Source: an uncultured Gemmatimonadales bacterium (GTDB lineage: Bacteria > Gemmatimonadota > Gemmatimonadetes > Gemmatimonadales > GWC2-71-9). From it: a DNA stretch of 64,000 nt. The notes under the pieces were generated by a model. It had not been told where the DNA came from. It saw nothing but the letters and a program-made list of their open reading frames with translations, and made no database searches. This document shows, one piece after another, positions 62,852 through 64,000 of the stretch (the stretch's first letter is position 1; every line of letters starts with the position of its first letter). The DNA lies in the NCBI GenBank assembly GCA_963771275.1, contig CAVYSW010000003.1:384001-448000 (forward strand), written 5' to 3'. The position numbers were made by a program, and so were the translations under genes.

Positions 62852-62859
62852 CCGCGAAC

Positions 62860-63147
62860 CTACCCGGTGACCGACCGGTACAGGTCGCGGATGTGATGCT
62901 CGCGTAGATCCCGCACCGCCTGCCACAGGTCCGTTTCACTCGGGCCACAGAGAATCTCCGCCGTGGCGGGGGCGAGGCTCGTCTCAGCGGCGCCAAACAG
63001 CAGCTTGCCGCGCCACATGCCGTCCTCGGCTCGCCGCACGACGAGACGCACCGGGATCTCCTCCCCGGCGTAGCGAACAGAGGCAAGGTCGTGAACGACG
63101 GGTTCGAACGGGTCTGCTTGGCCGTACCGGACCGACTGCGCGGGCAT
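62860..63147 (-). CDS. hypothetical protein (95 aa)
   Basis: ATG 63147 after GGAG; MPAQSVRY...WRGKLLF...TAEILCG...LYRSVTG. Confidence 0.65.
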   Translation of the reverse strand: MPAQSVRYGQADPFEPVVHDLASVRYAGEEIPVRLVVRRAEDGMWRGKLLFGAAETSLAPATAEILCGPSETDLWQAVRDLREHHIRDLYRSVTG

Positions 63148-63248
63148 CCAGGTCTCCGCCGGTTTGCGTAAATATAGCGGCTCGATGGACTTACGCAATC
63201 CCGGAACGATGGCCGGGCGGCCGGAACGCCGCCGCCGGGCACCAGACG

Positions 63249-64000
63249 CTACGGCATGATCGGAACCGGCGTGAACGTCACGAGGAACAGCAGCACCGTG
63301 GCCCACCCGAACGGCACCCGGCTCCGAGGCAGGGGTCGGAGCGGCTCCAGGACTCTGGGGTGCGCCAGGCGCCCACCGCTCATCAGCACCGCCAGGACCG
63401 CGATGAGCCACCAGGGCATCAGCCACCACGGGCGGAACCACACGCCAAGGAGGGCAAGCGCCGCAAGCGTGAGCAGCGCGACGTAGCGCTGGCGGCTGCC
63501 GAGCAGCGCGTAGAGGACGTGGCTGCCGTCGAGCTGCCCGAGCGGCAGGAGGTTGAGGGCGGTCACGAGCATCCCGATCCACCCCGCGGCGGCGAGGGGG
63601 TTCAGCACGGCGGTCCCCCCGCCCAGCAGCAGGTGCCGCAGCCCCCAAGTCACGATCGAATCGCCGAGCATCCAGTCGTGTCCCCAGACGTTCTCGACGA
63701 CCATCGGCGCGGGGAACGTGCCGGGGGCAAGCAGCACGGACCGTTCCAAACCCACGACGAGCATGAGGAGGGCGACGCCGAAGCCGAGCCACGGGCCGGC
63801 GGCCCCCACGTCGAGCAATTGCCGGCGATCCACGATCGGGCTGCGCAGCCGGATGAACGCGCCGAACGTTCCGATGAAATTGACCTCGATCGGCGCCGGG
63901 ATGAAGAACGGCGGCGACGCGTTGATACCGTAGCGCTTGGCGGTGAGGTAGTGCCCCATCTCATGTGCCAGCAGGATCGCCATCAGGGCCATGGCGAACG
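63249..64000 (-). CDS. site-2 protease (M50), N-terminus outside window
   Basis: HEMGH, GTFGAFI, AAGP, LNLLPLGQLDGSH. Confidence 0.92.
   Translation of the reverse strand, partial: FAMALMAILLAHEMGHYLTAKRYGINASPPFFIPAPIEVNFIGTFGAFIRLRSPIVDRRQLLDVGAAGPWLGFGVALLMLVVGLERSVLLAPGTFPAPMVVENVWGHDWMLGDSIVTWGLRHLLLGGGTAVLNPLAAAGWIGMLVTALNLLPLGQLDGSHVLYALLGSRQRYVALLTLAALALLGVWFRPWWLMPWWLIAVLAVLMSGGRLAHPRVLEPLRPLPRSRVPFGWATVLLFLVTFTPVPIMP

Overview
GC-rich bacterial chromosomal segment, probably Gemmatimonadota. The taxon is inferred from gene content (PorV-like barrels, GWxTD protein, PSP1/RicT next to metG, Ser/Thr kinase-TolB/TPR remnants); no search was run. Housekeeping content: thiO, lipA-pdhABC-lpdA-lipB, dnaE-accA-PSP1-metG, a detached F1 ATP synthase operon (atpAGDC) with a Rex/CRP-like operator, mlaEFD, a sigma70 factor and seven tRNAs. 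Accessory content: a ~12 kb six-gene outer-membrane locus (TonB-dependent receptor, 1393-aa protein with a T9SS-like C-terminal domain, PorV-like barrel, small barrel, two lipoproteins), divergent from a GWxTD/beta-propeller/DsbA operon. The most striking unexplained structure is a four-helix-bundle (TIGR02436 / 23S-IVP / Avd-like) gene bracketed by inverted heptamer arrays, (TAGCCGA)8 and (CGGCTAT)17 plus 5 further mostly degenerate units. Gene-less versions of this inverted short-tandem-repeat architecture (7-, 8- and 9-mers) recur across the window, including the same heptamer inside the tRNA cluster and an in-frame copy in pdhC. Several frameshifted genes (waaA, a CPBP protease, an AI-2E transporter) and decayed kinase fragments are present; some frameshifts may be assembly errors.
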